In this document: piece after piece, positions 38,394 through 48,651 of the stretch
Layout: the number at the start of each line of letters is the position of its first letter
Position numbering within the stretch: the first letter of the stretch is position 1
Assembly: GCA_034530875.2 (NCBI GenBank)
Contig: JAVRCJ020000011.1
Location: 64,001 to 128,000, forward strand
DNA length: 64,000 nucleotides
Source: Nostoc sp. DedSLP01
GTDB lineage: Bacteria; Cyanobacteriota; Cyanobacteriia; Cyanobacteriales; Nostocaceae
Direction of reading: 5' to 3'
Made by a program: the position numbers and the translations under genes
The notes under the pieces: model-generated
What the model was told of the DNA's origin: nothing
Databases searched by the model: none
Seen by the model: only the letters and a program-made list of their open reading frames with translations

Positions 38394-41300
38394 GTGGTGA
38401 AACAGCACCGCCGTGATTGGTTAAAAGCTGTGAAATTTTGCCGCCAACTTGAATTCCTAGCACTATTACTAGGGATTTTATGTGCTATTTCCGTAATTTT
38501 ACTATGGCAGAAACTCTCATTATCAATTGTGTTCTCAACGCAATTGATAATAATTGCTGGCTTACTTTTTACCAGCACAGTAATAGTATCAATTTTTTTT
38601 GCCCTCTTGGTGAAAACAAGTAATCAGCGGATAACAGCAATAAATCAAAAATTAATTCAGAGGATTTACGAACAAGAAAAGATAGAAATTGACCTCCGCG
38701 CCAGTGAAAATCGCCTGCGGCAGCTGTTGGAAACTGTTAAGGTGATTCCTTGGGAATTAGATTTGAAAACTGGGCGATTTATCTATGTCGGACCGCAAGC
38801 AGTAGATTTACTAAATTATCCCATTGCCCAGTGGTATGAAGAAAATTTTTGGATCGATCGCTTACATCCATACGACCGAGAAAAATCTGTGCGTTTTTGT
38901 CAACAAGCAACTGCTAGGTGCGAAAACCATCAATTAGAATACCGGATGTTAGCAGCTGACGGACGAGTTGTTTGGCTGCGAAATATTGTGACGGTAGTTC
39001 CCGAAGCAGGAACTCCTACGCTGCTGAGGGGTTTTATGTTTGACATTACTGATTTGAAGTTGCTTGAAGAAACCCTGAGGCTCAGAGAGAGGGCGCTTGC
39101 TGCTACCAGTAATGGAATTATTATTGCCGATGCCAGACTTGCGTATACTCCCGTTATTTATGCCAATCCTGCCTTTGAGCGAATCACAGGTTATAGTACC
39201 ACTGATGCGATCGGGCAAAACTGTCGATTTTTGCAAGGCTTAGATACTGAGCAACCAGCACTCAATGAACTAAGGTCAGCTATTAAAGCGGGGACAAGTT
39301 GCAAAGTGATTCTCCGCAATTATCGCAAAAATGGCACCTTATTCTGGAATGAATTGAGTATTTCTCCCATATATGATGAAAATCACAAGTTAAGTCACTT
39401 CATCGGCATTCAGAGAGATGTGAGCGATATGTACGACGAGCTTCGCTTACGCAAACTTGCCGAAGCCCAATTGCGTCACCAAGCCCTCACTTTTGAAAAC
39501 ATGCATGATGGCGTAATTATCACAGATCTAAGAGGAAGTATTATTGATTGGAATCCTGCGGCGGAAAGTATGTTTGGCTACACCAAAGCCGAGGTTTTGG
39601 GTAAATCTCCAAGTATTTTACATAAATCAGAACAAGCCCCAGAACTGACGAACAAAGTACTTGAAGAACTAAACCAAAAAGGACGCTGGTCAGGAGAAAT
39701 AAATTTTGTCAGAAAAGACGGCAGTCAGGGTATTTGTGAAACAACTGTAGTCTGTTTGCACAACGAACAGGGAGAACTTGTTGCTACTGTTGGTGTCAAT
39801 CACGACATTACCGAAAACAAACGAGCTAAAGAAGCACTGCAAAGGCAATTGCATCGCACCTTACTACTCGAACAAATTACTCAAGAAATTCGTCAATGTC
39901 TGGATACAAGCAAAATTTTTCAGACGGCTGCAACTCAAATTGGCAAGGCTTTTCAAGTCGATCGCTGTCTAATTCATTCTTACATTCAAGACTCAATACC
40001 GCGAATTCCCTTAGTTGCAGAGTATAATCTTCTTCCCGGCTACTGCTCGATATTGAACTTAGAGGTTTTGATAACTAATTCATATACCGAGCAGATGATG
40101 GCACAAGAGGGTGCGATCGCTTGCCCAGATGTCTATGTTGATGCTTTACTCCAGGACGCTGAACCTACCTGCCGGGAAATCGGACTCAAATCTATGCTCT
40201 GCGTGCGCACTTCTTATCAGGGAGAACCAAATGGCGGTATAATTTTGCACCAATGTAGCAATTTTCGCCAGTGGACACAAGAGGAAATTGAATTATTAGA
40301 AGCAGTGGCAGCTCAGTTGGGTATTGCTTTAGCGCAAGCTCAGTTACTAGAACAAGAAACCAAGCAACGCGAAGAGCTAACTTTGAAAAACTTTGCCCTG
40401 GAGCGAGCAAAACGCGATGCAGAAACCGCAAATCGCGCTAAAAGTGAGTTTTTGGCGATGATGAGCCACGAAATTCGCACTCCTATGAATGCCGTTATTG
40501 CAATGACAGGTCTTTTGCTAGATACTAACCTTACACTCCAACAGCGAGACTTTGTGGAAACAGTGCGTAGCAGTGGAGATGCTTTGCTCACCATCATCAA
40601 TGACATTTTAGATTTCTCTAAAATTGAGTCGGGTAAGTTGGAATTAGAAGCACAGCCTTTTAATTTAAGGGCTTGTGTAGAACAAGCTATCTACCTTTTA
40701 GCTCCAAAAGCTGCCCAAAAAGATATCGAATTAGCTTACTTGATTCAACCGGAAGTTCCCATTCACATCATTGGCGATTTAACTCGTCTTCGCCAAGTCT
40801 TGATGAACCTGCTCAACAATGCGATCAAATTTACTGAAAGCGGAGAAGTAGTACTTTCCGTGGAATTGGGGACTGGCGATAAGGAGATAAGAAGATGGGG
40901 AGATGGGGAGAAGAACGAAACTACACTCAGCGCCTCAAGACCCCAACTAGCACATTCCCAGTCCCCAGTCCAAATTCAATTTGCCATTAAAGACACAGGT
41001 ATTGGCATTGCGCCAGAAAAAATAGAACGGCTATTTCAACCCTTCACTCAGGCTGATGTTTCCATGACTCGACGATATGGCGGTACAGGACTCGGGCTAG
41101 TAATCAGCAAGCGGCTGAGTCAGATGATGGGGGGTACTCTTTGGGTAGAAAGTCAGGGATTTGTTGGTGGCAATCCTGGTTCTAGATGGAAAAGTAGCAA
41201 ACTTTCATCTTTGCATTCTTCCCAAGGTTCAACATTCTACTTCACTATTAAAGTCGAAGTGGCTGATGTGGCAGAACAAGCTGAATTTAACACTTTGTTA

Positions 41301-42572
41301 GTGGATTTGGCTGGAAAGCGGCTGTTGATTGTGGACGATAATCTCACCAACCGCACAATTCTCAGCTGGCAAGCAGAGTCTTGGAAGATGCAAACTTATG
41401 CTGCCAAATCTGGCAAAGAAGCTTTAGCCCAACTTGCTCAAGGAGCATTTGATATTGCAATTTTAGATATGGAGATGCCAGAAATGGATGGTTTAACCCT
41501 GGCTCGTCAAATCCGCAAGCAATTCGGCTGTGAAAATCTGCCTTTGGTAATGTTGACTTCTTTGGGTAGAGTTGAAACTTCTCTCGAGTTTGGCGATGTG
41601 CAGTTTGCTGCCTCTTTAAGCAAACCGATTAAACAGTCCCAATTGTACGATGTTATTACCCGTGTTTTGGGTAATCAACCGATTTTTGCCAGTATTTCTC
41701 ATTCCTATTCTCCCTCCATCGATCGGTTTTTGGGACATCGATTTCCACTGCGAATTTTGCTGGCAGAGGACACCGATGTTAATCAGAAAGTTGCTCTATT
41801 AATGCTAGAAAAAATGAGCTATCAGGCAGATGTGGTCAGCAATGGGCTAGAAGTGCTAAAAGCCTTGCGAGAAAAGCCTTATGACGTAGTTTTGATGGAC
41901 GTCCACATGCCCGAAATGGATGGGTTAGAAGCAACTGTGAGAATTTGTCAAGAATGGGAAGTTGGTTTTCGTCCTTATATCATTGCGATTACTGCCAATG
42001 CTATGCGGGGCGATCGCGAAGTTTGTCTGGCTGCTGGTATGGATGACTACATTAGTAAACCCGTGCAGTTGGAAGATTTAGCGCAAGCACTCAGTAAATG
42101 CCCGCCTCAAAGAAGTTCTCGATTCAATTCTATTGCCAAACAAGATGCAGGATTCCTAAAAGAATTGTCACCTCCGGCAAAGATCCTCCCAGAGAAAGAC
42201 AGCCAAGCATTGAATGACGTCAAACTTGATGCCAAAATTATCAAATCCTTACGCAATATCCTCAGAGGCGATCGCTTGGCATTTGCAGAATTGATAGAGT
42301 GTTATCTCGCAGAGACTCCTAGATTGGTGGAAAATATCAGTACAGCGATCGTAACTGAGGATATCCAGACTCTATGGAAGGCAGCACACCAACTCAAATC
42401 AAGCAGTGCTTGTGTAGGAGCGATCGCCCTGGCACAACTCTGTAAACAATTAGAAGCACAAGGAAGGAGCAATAACTTCCAAGGCAGCCTAGAAATTATA
42501 TCACAACTACACCAAGAATATGAATATGTTAAAACCGCTTTACAAAAGGAACTTGTCAAGGAAGGACAATGA
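38394..42572 (+). CDS. Hybrid histidine kinase TM-PAS-LOV-PAS-GAF-HisKA-HATPase-REC-REC-HPt
   Basis: GQNCRFLQG LOV signature, SHEIRTPMN, GGTGLGL, two REC (LDMEMP, MDVHMP), AHQLKSSS HPt. Confidence 0.95.
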   Translation: MVKQHRRDWLKAVKFCRQLEFLALLLGILCAISVILLWQKLSLSIVFSTQLIIIAGLLFTSTVIVSIFFALLVKTSNQRITAINQKLIQRIYEQEKIEIDLRASENRLRQLLETVKVIPWELDLKTGRFIYVGPQAVDLLNYPIAQWYEENFWIDRLHPYDREKSVRFCQQATARCENHQLEYRMLAADGRVVWLRNIVTVVPEAGTPTLLRGFMFDITDLKLLEETLRLRERALAATSNGIIIADARLAYTPVIYANPAFERITGYSTTDAIGQNCRFLQGLDTEQPALNELRSAIKAGTSCKVILRNYRKNGTLFWNELSISPIYDENHKLSHFIGIQRDVSDMYDELRLRKLAEAQLRHQALTFENMHDGVIITDLRGSIIDWNPAAESMFGYTKAEVLGKSPSILHKSEQAPELTNKVLEELNQKGRWSGEINFVRKDGSQGICETTVVCLHNEQGELVATVGVNHDITENKRAKEALQRQLHRTLLLEQITQEIRQCLDTSKIFQTAATQIGKAFQVDRCLIHSYIQDSIPRIPLVAEYNLLPGYCSILNLEVLITNSYTEQMMAQEGAIACPDVYVDALLQDAEPTCREIGLKSMLCVRTSYQGEPNGGIILHQCSNFRQWTQEEIELLEAVAAQLGIALAQAQLLEQETKQREELTLKNFALERAKRDAETANRAKSEFLAMMSHEIRTPMNAVIAMTGLLLDTNLTLQQRDFVETVRSSGDALLTIINDILDFSKIESGKLELEAQPFNLRACVEQAIYLLAPKAAQKDIELAYLIQPEVPIHIIGDLTRLRQVLMNLLNNAIKFTESGEVVLSVELGTGDKEIRRWGDGEKNETTLSASRPQLAHSQSPVQIQFAIKDTGIGIAPEKIERLFQPFTQADVSMTRRYGGTGLGLVISKRLSQMMGGTLWVESQGFVGGNPGSRWKSSKLSSLHSSQGSTFYFTIKVEVADVAEQAEFNTLLVDLAGKRLLIVDDNLTNRTILSWQAESWKMQTYAAKSGKEALAQLAQGAFDIAILDMEMPEMDGLTLARQIRKQFGCENLPLVMLTSLGRVETSLEFGDVQFAASLSKPIKQSQLYDVITRVLGNQPIFASISHSYSPSIDRFLGHRFPLRILLAEDTDVNQKVALLMLEKMSYQADVVSNGLEVLKALREKPYDVVLMDVHMPEMDGLEATVRICQEWEVGFRPYIIAITANAMRGDREVCLAAGMDDYISKPVQLEDLAQALSKCPPQRSSRFNSIAKQDAGFLKELSPPAKILPEKDSQALNDVKLDAKIIKSLRNILRGDRLAFAELIECYLAETPRLVENISTAIVTEDIQTLWKAAHQLKSSSACVGAIALAQLCKQLEAQGRSNNFQGSLEIISQLHQEYEYVKTALQKELVKEGQ
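39429..39449. mobile_element. 21-nt SDR5-like insertion in a HIP1 site, in frame within the kinase
   Basis: GCGAT[ATGTACGACGAGCTTCGCTTA]CGC; removing it restores HIP1 and the usual D-x-S-D-R-K PAC ending. Confidence 0.75.
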
Positions 42573-43525
42573 AAGCTACCCCTCAAGAAAGCCGATCGTT
42601 AGTTTTAATCGTTGATGATGAGCCATTTATCCGCACCATTTTACGAAGTTTCTTGGAGAGGGAAGAGTATCAAATAGCGGAAGCTCGAAATGGCATAGAA
42701 GCTTTAATAAAATTTAACGAACTTCAACCAGATATAGTACTTCTTGATGCCATCATGCCCGATATGGATGGGTTTGAGTGTTGCACTCAATTGCACACTT
42801 TAGAATCTAGCAAGCACACTCCAGTATTAATGATTACAGGGCTTGATGATGAAGAGTCAGTTGACCGGGCATTTGAAGTCGGGGCAATGGACTATATTAC
42901 CAAACCGATTCATTGGCCCGTTTTACGCCAACGGGTAAAACGCTTAATTCAACAATCTCAGTTACAACAAAAACTCGAAGCTGTGAATCTGGAATTGCAG
43001 CGATTAGTTACTATCGATGGATTAACTGAAGTCGCAAACCGTCGGGGATTTGAAGAGTATTTATCCCAAGAGTGGCAGCGGATGAAACGAGACCAGCGCC
43101 CACTATCTCTGATTCTTTGCGATGTTGATTTTTTTAAATTATATAACGATACTTACGGTCATCGAGCAGGCGATCGCTGTCTGATCGAAATTGCTCAAGC
43201 CATTAAAGATATTGTTAAACGTCCTGGAGATTTGGTTGCTCGTTATGGCGGTGAGGAATTTGCCATAATTTTACCAAACACAGACACCAAAGGGGCGACT
43301 CATGTTGCTGAAAAAATCTGCGATGCTGTCCGGACATTGGCAATTCCTCATCGGAATTCACAAGTTAGTCCTTATGTAACCATCAGTGCCGGATTTACCA
43401 CAGAAATTCCTCAACTAAATTCTGACATAGAAGAAATTATTGCCGCAGCAGATCGGGCATTATATCAAGCAAAAACAGCAGGACGCGATCGCTTTGTGCA
43501 AAATATCCTAGCTACCCAAAAATAA
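42569..43525 (+). CDS. REC-GGDEF diguanylate cyclase (PleD-like)
   Basis: LDAIMP REC; DGLT, RPGD I-site, RYGGEEF intact; ATGA overlap with the kinase stop. Confidence 0.95.
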   Translation: MKATPQESRSLVLIVDDEPFIRTILRSFLEREEYQIAEARNGIEALIKFNELQPDIVLLDAIMPDMDGFECCTQLHTLESSKHTPVLMITGLDDEESVDRAFEVGAMDYITKPIHWPVLRQRVKRLIQQSQLQQKLEAVNLELQRLVTIDGLTEVANRRGFEEYLSQEWQRMKRDQRPLSLILCDVDFFKLYNDTYGHRAGDRCLIEIAQAIKDIVKRPGDLVARYGGEEFAIILPNTDTKGATHVAEKICDAVRTLAIPHRNSQVSPYVTISAGFTTEIPQLNSDIEEIIAAADRALYQAKTAGRDRFVQNILATQK

Positions 43526-43793
43526 AATTTTTCGTAGTGAGGAGGCAGGGAGCAGGGGGCAGGAGGCAGGAGGCAGGAGGCAGGGGGCAGGAGGTAAAAG
43601 TATTTCTATTCCTAGCATTTTAGCTTTCAAAATGTCCTAACATATCTGGCTACCGCAATAACATAAATTAATAATATTTTTTCCCACAGAAATAGACTAA
43701 AGTTTTGTTATTAAATTGTTTCTAGATTTATTTATATTGCATATAATCAATATTCCAACTCAGTTAAATGAAATGTAAATCTTAAACTTATTT

Positions 43794-46241
43794 ATGGTTC
43801 ATATCTTTGATTTAACAGGAATAGCTTCATCTGATGCTCTCAAATTAAAACTAGAAAATATAGATGTCGTTACGCCAAATCCAGGGATTTACTTAGACCT
43901 TGACCATGATTTGCACTTAAATTTAGATAAACTTTTTAATATTCATAGTTCAGTTCCATATATTAATGTGGCGATCGCTAATATTATTACTACAATATTT
44001 GGCAAATCTGAAATTAAAATATCTGCACCAAAATATAGAATTTTTCAAAGCGATCGAGTAGTTGAGCTTAGTTTTAAAGGGCTATTCAATAAACAAGATA
44101 TTGAACTAATATTTGGTAATTCCCGAATATTAAAATATAAATTGCCTAAAAAGGTTAATTTTGCCAGTTTAATGAATCAAATTCCTATCATCAAGGATTT
44201 AAGCTTAAGCAACACAGAATTAATTATAACTAATATTGATTATCCTTTCGTTCATCCAAAGTTAGGCACTATTAACTTAAATAGAGGATTTAACTTTATC
44301 GGAGACGTTGATTTAAAAAAATTGCAGATAAATTATAGTAATTTTATTTATCAAAACTTAAAAATTAGTAGTTTAGGAGTGCTAATTAGTCTCAATCCCG
44401 TGGGAAAGGTTAATTTAATAGGTAATATTCCAGGCAATGTTGAGCTAATTTCCCAACAAGAACTTAAGGCTACTTTTAATAATTTGCTCATAGGATTAGA
44501 TATTGGATCTGATTTAGAGCCAAACTTAGGATTAACAGGAAATCTAATTCTTCAAGGCTACGATCCCACCCAAAAAAACGAACCTAAATTATTTCTTTCC
44601 GGTAATGTCTCTCTAGAACCTGAATCCTTAACAGCATTCTTTTCTCAACAAAGTGAAAAATCCTGGCTTAATCCCTATGGGTTAGCGGGAACTGAACTTC
44701 GGAATGTTAGGTTCCAAGGAGGTGGAACGTATTTACCTCCGTACTTCGATAACTTTGGTTTTATTGGTGATTTGAAATGGCAAAAAATAGACCTGGAAGT
44801 TGCATTCCTCATGGATACTAACGATCCGGAGAAATTAGCTTTAGTTTTAAATCCTAATCAAGCAGTTAGCTTAATAGATTTGTGGCGGGGGCCAGTCGCT
44901 TCTTTCATTGCCAAAGATGTAGGTTATTCAATTGATTTGGTTACCAAAACGCTAGAATTTTTAGAAAGCTTAGTAAACTTAAATATCGAACCAATTGATG
45001 GGGATAAAGACGGAAAACTCAATTCTTTAATTAAATATGTTCCTTTTCCCACAACAATTGCAGGTCAACCGATATCAGAAGGCTTAGAAATTAATGGCAA
45101 AATTAATGCTTGGGGACATGAAGCAATATTAATTTTTGAAAGCGACAAAACTCTCAAAAATATTGGAGGTTCATTAAAAGTTGTTGAAATCGATTTAGGA
45201 TTTTTAAAAGTTAAAGGAACGGATGATAATAGTTTAGATTTAGCTCTCAAGGTAACGCCCAACGAACAGTATCTTCAAGGAGATGGTTATGTAGAAATTT
45301 TTGGAAATGAAATTGCAAACGTTGAATTTACTATTACCTCTAATACTGCTAATTTTAAAAACTTTGACCTGAATTTAGCTAATTTGTTGAGTATTGATGT
45401 TGACGCCTTGAGTATAGATACTAAATCTGGTAATGGTAGTGGCTCAGGAACGATTTCAATTTTAGGGAATACGCTAGCAGGTATTACGTTTGATGTTACT
45501 CAAAATAGTATTGATCTGAAAGACGTCCAGCTGAGTTTAATAGGTTTCTTAACTATTACTATTCCGACTCTCGCAGTTGACTTGGTAAATATAAGTGCAA
45601 CAGGAACAGCAAATATTATTGCTTTCAATCAATCTTTGGGCAGCGGCACTTTATCATTTAATAGTCAAAACATTGCCATTAATAACGTTACTCTTAATTT
45701 AGTCAATGTTCTGAAACTGAATGTTCCTAATTTCAAGCTCGATTTAAGGAATAAAAAGATTTTTGGTTTGGGCGATATTACAATTCTTGGCAAACAATTT
45801 ACTGCCTTAGGTATCAGCCTTAATGAAAGTGGGTTTCAAGCTACAAGTAATTTAAATTTTGGAATTTTAGCCTTCAATAGTGCTACAGTAACTCTGAACA
45901 AAGGTAATAATGGTAATATCAATAATTTTGCTTGTATTGCAGGAAATCTCAAGTTTCTGGGCTATACTTTTGCCAACATAACAGCTAGTTTGAATAGCAA
46001 TCAATTAACTGCATCAGGTAGCTTCAATTTTGCTCGTATTTTAATCCTTAAAGGAGCCGGAAATCAAAGAAAAGCGACAATAACGCTTAACAAAGCAAAA
46101 AATGGATTGTATTCTGTCAGTATTATTGGTAGCTTTTACCTGTTAAATAAAGAGTTAACGTCAGTTACTATCCGCCATAACAATGGAACGTTGAAAATTT
46201 TAGGAATAAAAATTATCAGCAACCCCAGGCGTACAAAGTAA
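43794..46241 (+). CDS. Large beta-rich hypothetical protein with 54-aa repeats
   Basis: 815-aa ORF; alternating hydrophobic pattern; three full repeats at 45279-45764 plus a partial fourth. Confidence 0.85.
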   Translation: MVHIFDLTGIASSDALKLKLENIDVVTPNPGIYLDLDHDLHLNLDKLFNIHSSVPYINVAIANIITTIFGKSEIKISAPKYRIFQSDRVVELSFKGLFNKQDIELIFGNSRILKYKLPKKVNFASLMNQIPIIKDLSLSNTELIITNIDYPFVHPKLGTINLNRGFNFIGDVDLKKLQINYSNFIYQNLKISSLGVLISLNPVGKVNLIGNIPGNVELISQQELKATFNNLLIGLDIGSDLEPNLGLTGNLILQGYDPTQKNEPKLFLSGNVSLEPESLTAFFSQQSEKSWLNPYGLAGTELRNVRFQGGGTYLPPYFDNFGFIGDLKWQKIDLEVAFLMDTNDPEKLALVLNPNQAVSLIDLWRGPVASFIAKDVGYSIDLVTKTLEFLESLVNLNIEPIDGDKDGKLNSLIKYVPFPTTIAGQPISEGLEINGKINAWGHEAILIFESDKTLKNIGGSLKVVEIDLGFLKVKGTDDNSLDLALKVTPNEQYLQGDGYVEIFGNEIANVEFTITSNTANFKNFDLNLANLLSIDVDALSIDTKSGNGSGSGTISILGNTLAGITFDVTQNSIDLKDVQLSLIGFLTITIPTLAVDLVNISATGTANIIAFNQSLGSGTLSFNSQNIAINNVTLNLVNVLKLNVPNFKLDLRNKKIFGLGDITILGKQFTALGISLNESGFQATSNLNFGILAFNSATVTLNKGNNGNINNFACIAGNLKFLGYTFANITASLNSNQLTASGSFNFARILILKGAGNQRKATITLNKAKNGLYSVSIIGSFYLLNKELTSVTIRHNNGTLKILGIKIISNPRRTK

Positions 46242-46354
46242 TTCTGGGATGTTGAGACTGAGGTTTGCACCTCTTCAATTCTTACTGTACTAATGAATTC
46301 GTGACATACTCCCTGCGCCGCCCTTTCTGTCGGAATGCTCTGCGAACGGGACGA

Positions 46355-46704
46355 AGTTGACAGATTCTTTCCCAGTTCAAAGCTTTGTTCTTGTTGTGGA
46401 TATAAGAATGATTTGCTGAATTTAAGTATCCGTGCGTGGATTTGTCCAGGTTGCCAAACAACTCATGATAGGGATGAAAACGCCTCATGGAACTTGAGAG
46501 CAGAAGGGATAAGAATACTAACAACCAATACTGCTGGACAAGTAGAAATTCAAGCTTGTGGAGAAACATTAAGACTCGTTGGTACAAGTACCAAAAAGAG
46601 GCAGTGCGGTTTTGGGGTTTCCCCAAGTGGAGCAACTGCTGTGCGTGTTTCAACAGAAGCAAGAATCTCCCGCTACACCGCTTTGCGGTTAGCGGTGATG
46701 TCAA
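46355..46704 (+). mobile_element. tnpB: IS200/IS605 remnant: 3' end of tnpB plus right end
   Basis: FPSSKLCSCCG...WICPGCQTTHDRDENASWNL zinc ribbon/RuvC-III; right-end hairpin CCGCTA..TAGCGG ending in GTCAA; 5' part of the gene absent. Confidence 0.88.
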
Positions 46705-48182
46705 CCGATTCCCAAACGTCCAGCCAAGCCAGGAGTCAGAGGTAACAGTGTAGTAATCATTAAGAAGAGAGCCAAAAGACCCAAAGCAGCCCTAGCATCG
46801 TCTGGTTCAGTGATTTCGTTCAAGCTAGGGCGTTCTAAATCTCGTTGTAAGAAGAAAATCACGAAGGCCCAGTACATCGCCAGGGTATTACCGAGAGAGA
46901 CTAGCACCAGTAAAATTAAAGTGGCAACAGTTGCGCGTCCTGCGGTCTTGCGTCCATAAATGGCCTGGACAATGCGACCACCATCTAACTGTCCTGCGGG
47001 CATTAAGTTCAAAGCGGTAATTACCAACCCCAACCAACCAATCACTACTAAGGGATGAATGCTGACCAAAGATGACTGCAAGGCAGAACCAAGAACAACT
47101 CGCGCCAAGCTTCCCACCAAAATCGATCCTTGGAAAAACTGATTTGGCAATTGAAATAAGCTACCTGGATGGGAAAGCAGCAAGCCAACAATCAGCATTA
47201 CCAAAGAAACGATACCACCTGCGGCTGGTCCTGCCAAGGCAATATCAAATAATACCTTACGGTTGGGCAATAGAGATTCAAAGCGGGTAATTGCACCAAA
47301 GGAGCCTATTTGCACGGCTGGTAGAAAGAACGGCCAGCTAAGGCGGATTTGGTGACGGCGAGCAACTAACCAATGACCGATTTCGTGAGCTGCTAAAATC
47401 GCAAAGATGCCAGCACCTATGGGCAAAGCTTCTGTAAATCGTCCGGGATTGGTAAATAAATCAAAATTCAGCAGTAATCCGGCAGCTTCTAAATTTGTCG
47501 CTATGGTGGCTACTAATAGAATACCTGCAAAAACTTTTTGGGATAACTGCATCGGGCGGGGATCGTTGCGGCTGGGCAGAACAATTACAACTGGTCTGCC
47601 ATCTGTATTTTCAACTAAAAACAAGCGATAGCGATCGCCAAGCCGTTCTCGCAAACTTGCACTTAAGCGGTTGTGAATTTCTTCTGGTTCCCCCCGCAGA
47701 TTGCCTTTAAAAATCGCTCCATCCTGGTAGGGGATGGTTTCTGTGGCAAAAAATGTATCAATACCGAAAATACCTTTAATTGCAGTCAAATCATCTTCTG
47801 GTATCGGTGGAATCTGGGGTTTGAGTTCTATTACTGTCGGTTGTGGCGAATTTTCTTCAGGTGAGGATTCAGCGGCCAATCTTTGAGTTGCCCGTTGCCT
47901 GAGTATGGCATCTTGCCCCGCTGCACGTAACTGACTGCCCAAGTAGATGTACAATCCAGCAGAAGCTACAACTAAGAACAATATACCTGCTATGTTGATG
48001 TAAATTCCGGCGGCAAACAATCCAAAAAACAATAGCCACGGAGTCATCAACACCACCGACTGTAACCAGGCGAAGATTCCTAGCTTGCCAAAAGGTCTAG
48101 CGCGATAAAAGCCCCAACCCAAAATGCCTAAAGCTATCACCAGGATTGCTGCCAGGATAGAAGTTTCTGATAAAGTAGACAT
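46701..48182 (-). CDS. Site-2 protease (M50 metalloprotease)
   Basis: HEIGH, GSFGA, ALAGP, NLMPAGQLDGG; start at ATG 48182 (MSTLSET). Confidence 0.93.
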   Translation of the reverse strand: MSTLSETSILAAILVIALGILGWGFYRARPFGKLGIFAWLQSVVLMTPWLLFFGLFAAGIYINIAGILFLVVASAGLYIYLGSQLRAAGQDAILRQRATQRLAAESSPEENSPQPTVIELKPQIPPIPEDDLTAIKGIFGIDTFFATETIPYQDGAIFKGNLRGEPEEIHNRLSASLRERLGDRYRLFLVENTDGRPVVIVLPSRNDPRPMQLSQKVFAGILLVATIATNLEAAGLLLNFDLFTNPGRFTEALPIGAGIFAILAAHEIGHWLVARRHQIRLSWPFFLPAVQIGSFGAITRFESLLPNRKVLFDIALAGPAAGGIVSLVMLIVGLLLSHPGSLFQLPNQFFQGSILVGSLARVVLGSALQSSLVSIHPLVVIGWLGLVITALNLMPAGQLDGGRIVQAIYGRKTAGRATVATLILLVLVSLGNTLAMYWAFVIFFLQRDLERPSLNEITEPDDARAALGLLALFLMITTLLPLTPGLAGRLGIG

Positions 48183-48429
48183 TTTCAAACCTACGCTATT
48201 GAGACTAAGCCAGAACAAGTCCGGTATTGCAGACACACTATTAATGTATAACGTCCCCCGCCCTCTGCCCAAATTATCAATGAAGGCAGGAGTTAGGGGG
48301 CAGAAGGCAGGAGGAAAACTGACCCCTAACTCCTGCTCGTACCGTCAGGACAAGGTGAAACACCGCACCAAATTGAAAATTTGGTGGCTCTCCCAATTGT
48401 GGGGTTCTACTCCGATCTGAATAATAACC

Positions 48430-48551
48430 TCCTGCCTTCTGCCTCCTGCCTCCTGCCTTCTGCCTCCTGCCTTCTGCCTTCTGCCTCCTGCCTTCTGCCT
48501 TCTGCCTCCTGCCTCCTGCCTCCTGCCTCCTGCCTCCTTTCTCCTGCCTCC
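48430..48551. repeat. STRR heptamer array (CTGCCTC/CTGCCTT)
   Basis: About 17 tandem 7-mers. Confidence 0.95.
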
Positions 48552-48651
48552 TTCAACCGATTTGACGTTTTGCAACACAAATTAATGAGTACTGCGCTAC
48601 TACGCTACATTATGCAGGTAACTGTATCTTGATTTGTGGAGGAGATAAATT

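Noticed and set aside
46335..46745. Intact 136-aa gene
   Set aside because: It is only the C-terminal fragment of TnpB, lacking the first two RuvC motifs.
48345..48632. ORFs with QEAGGRR / LLPSASC repeats
   Set aside because: Translations of the CTGCCTY heptamer array, not genes.
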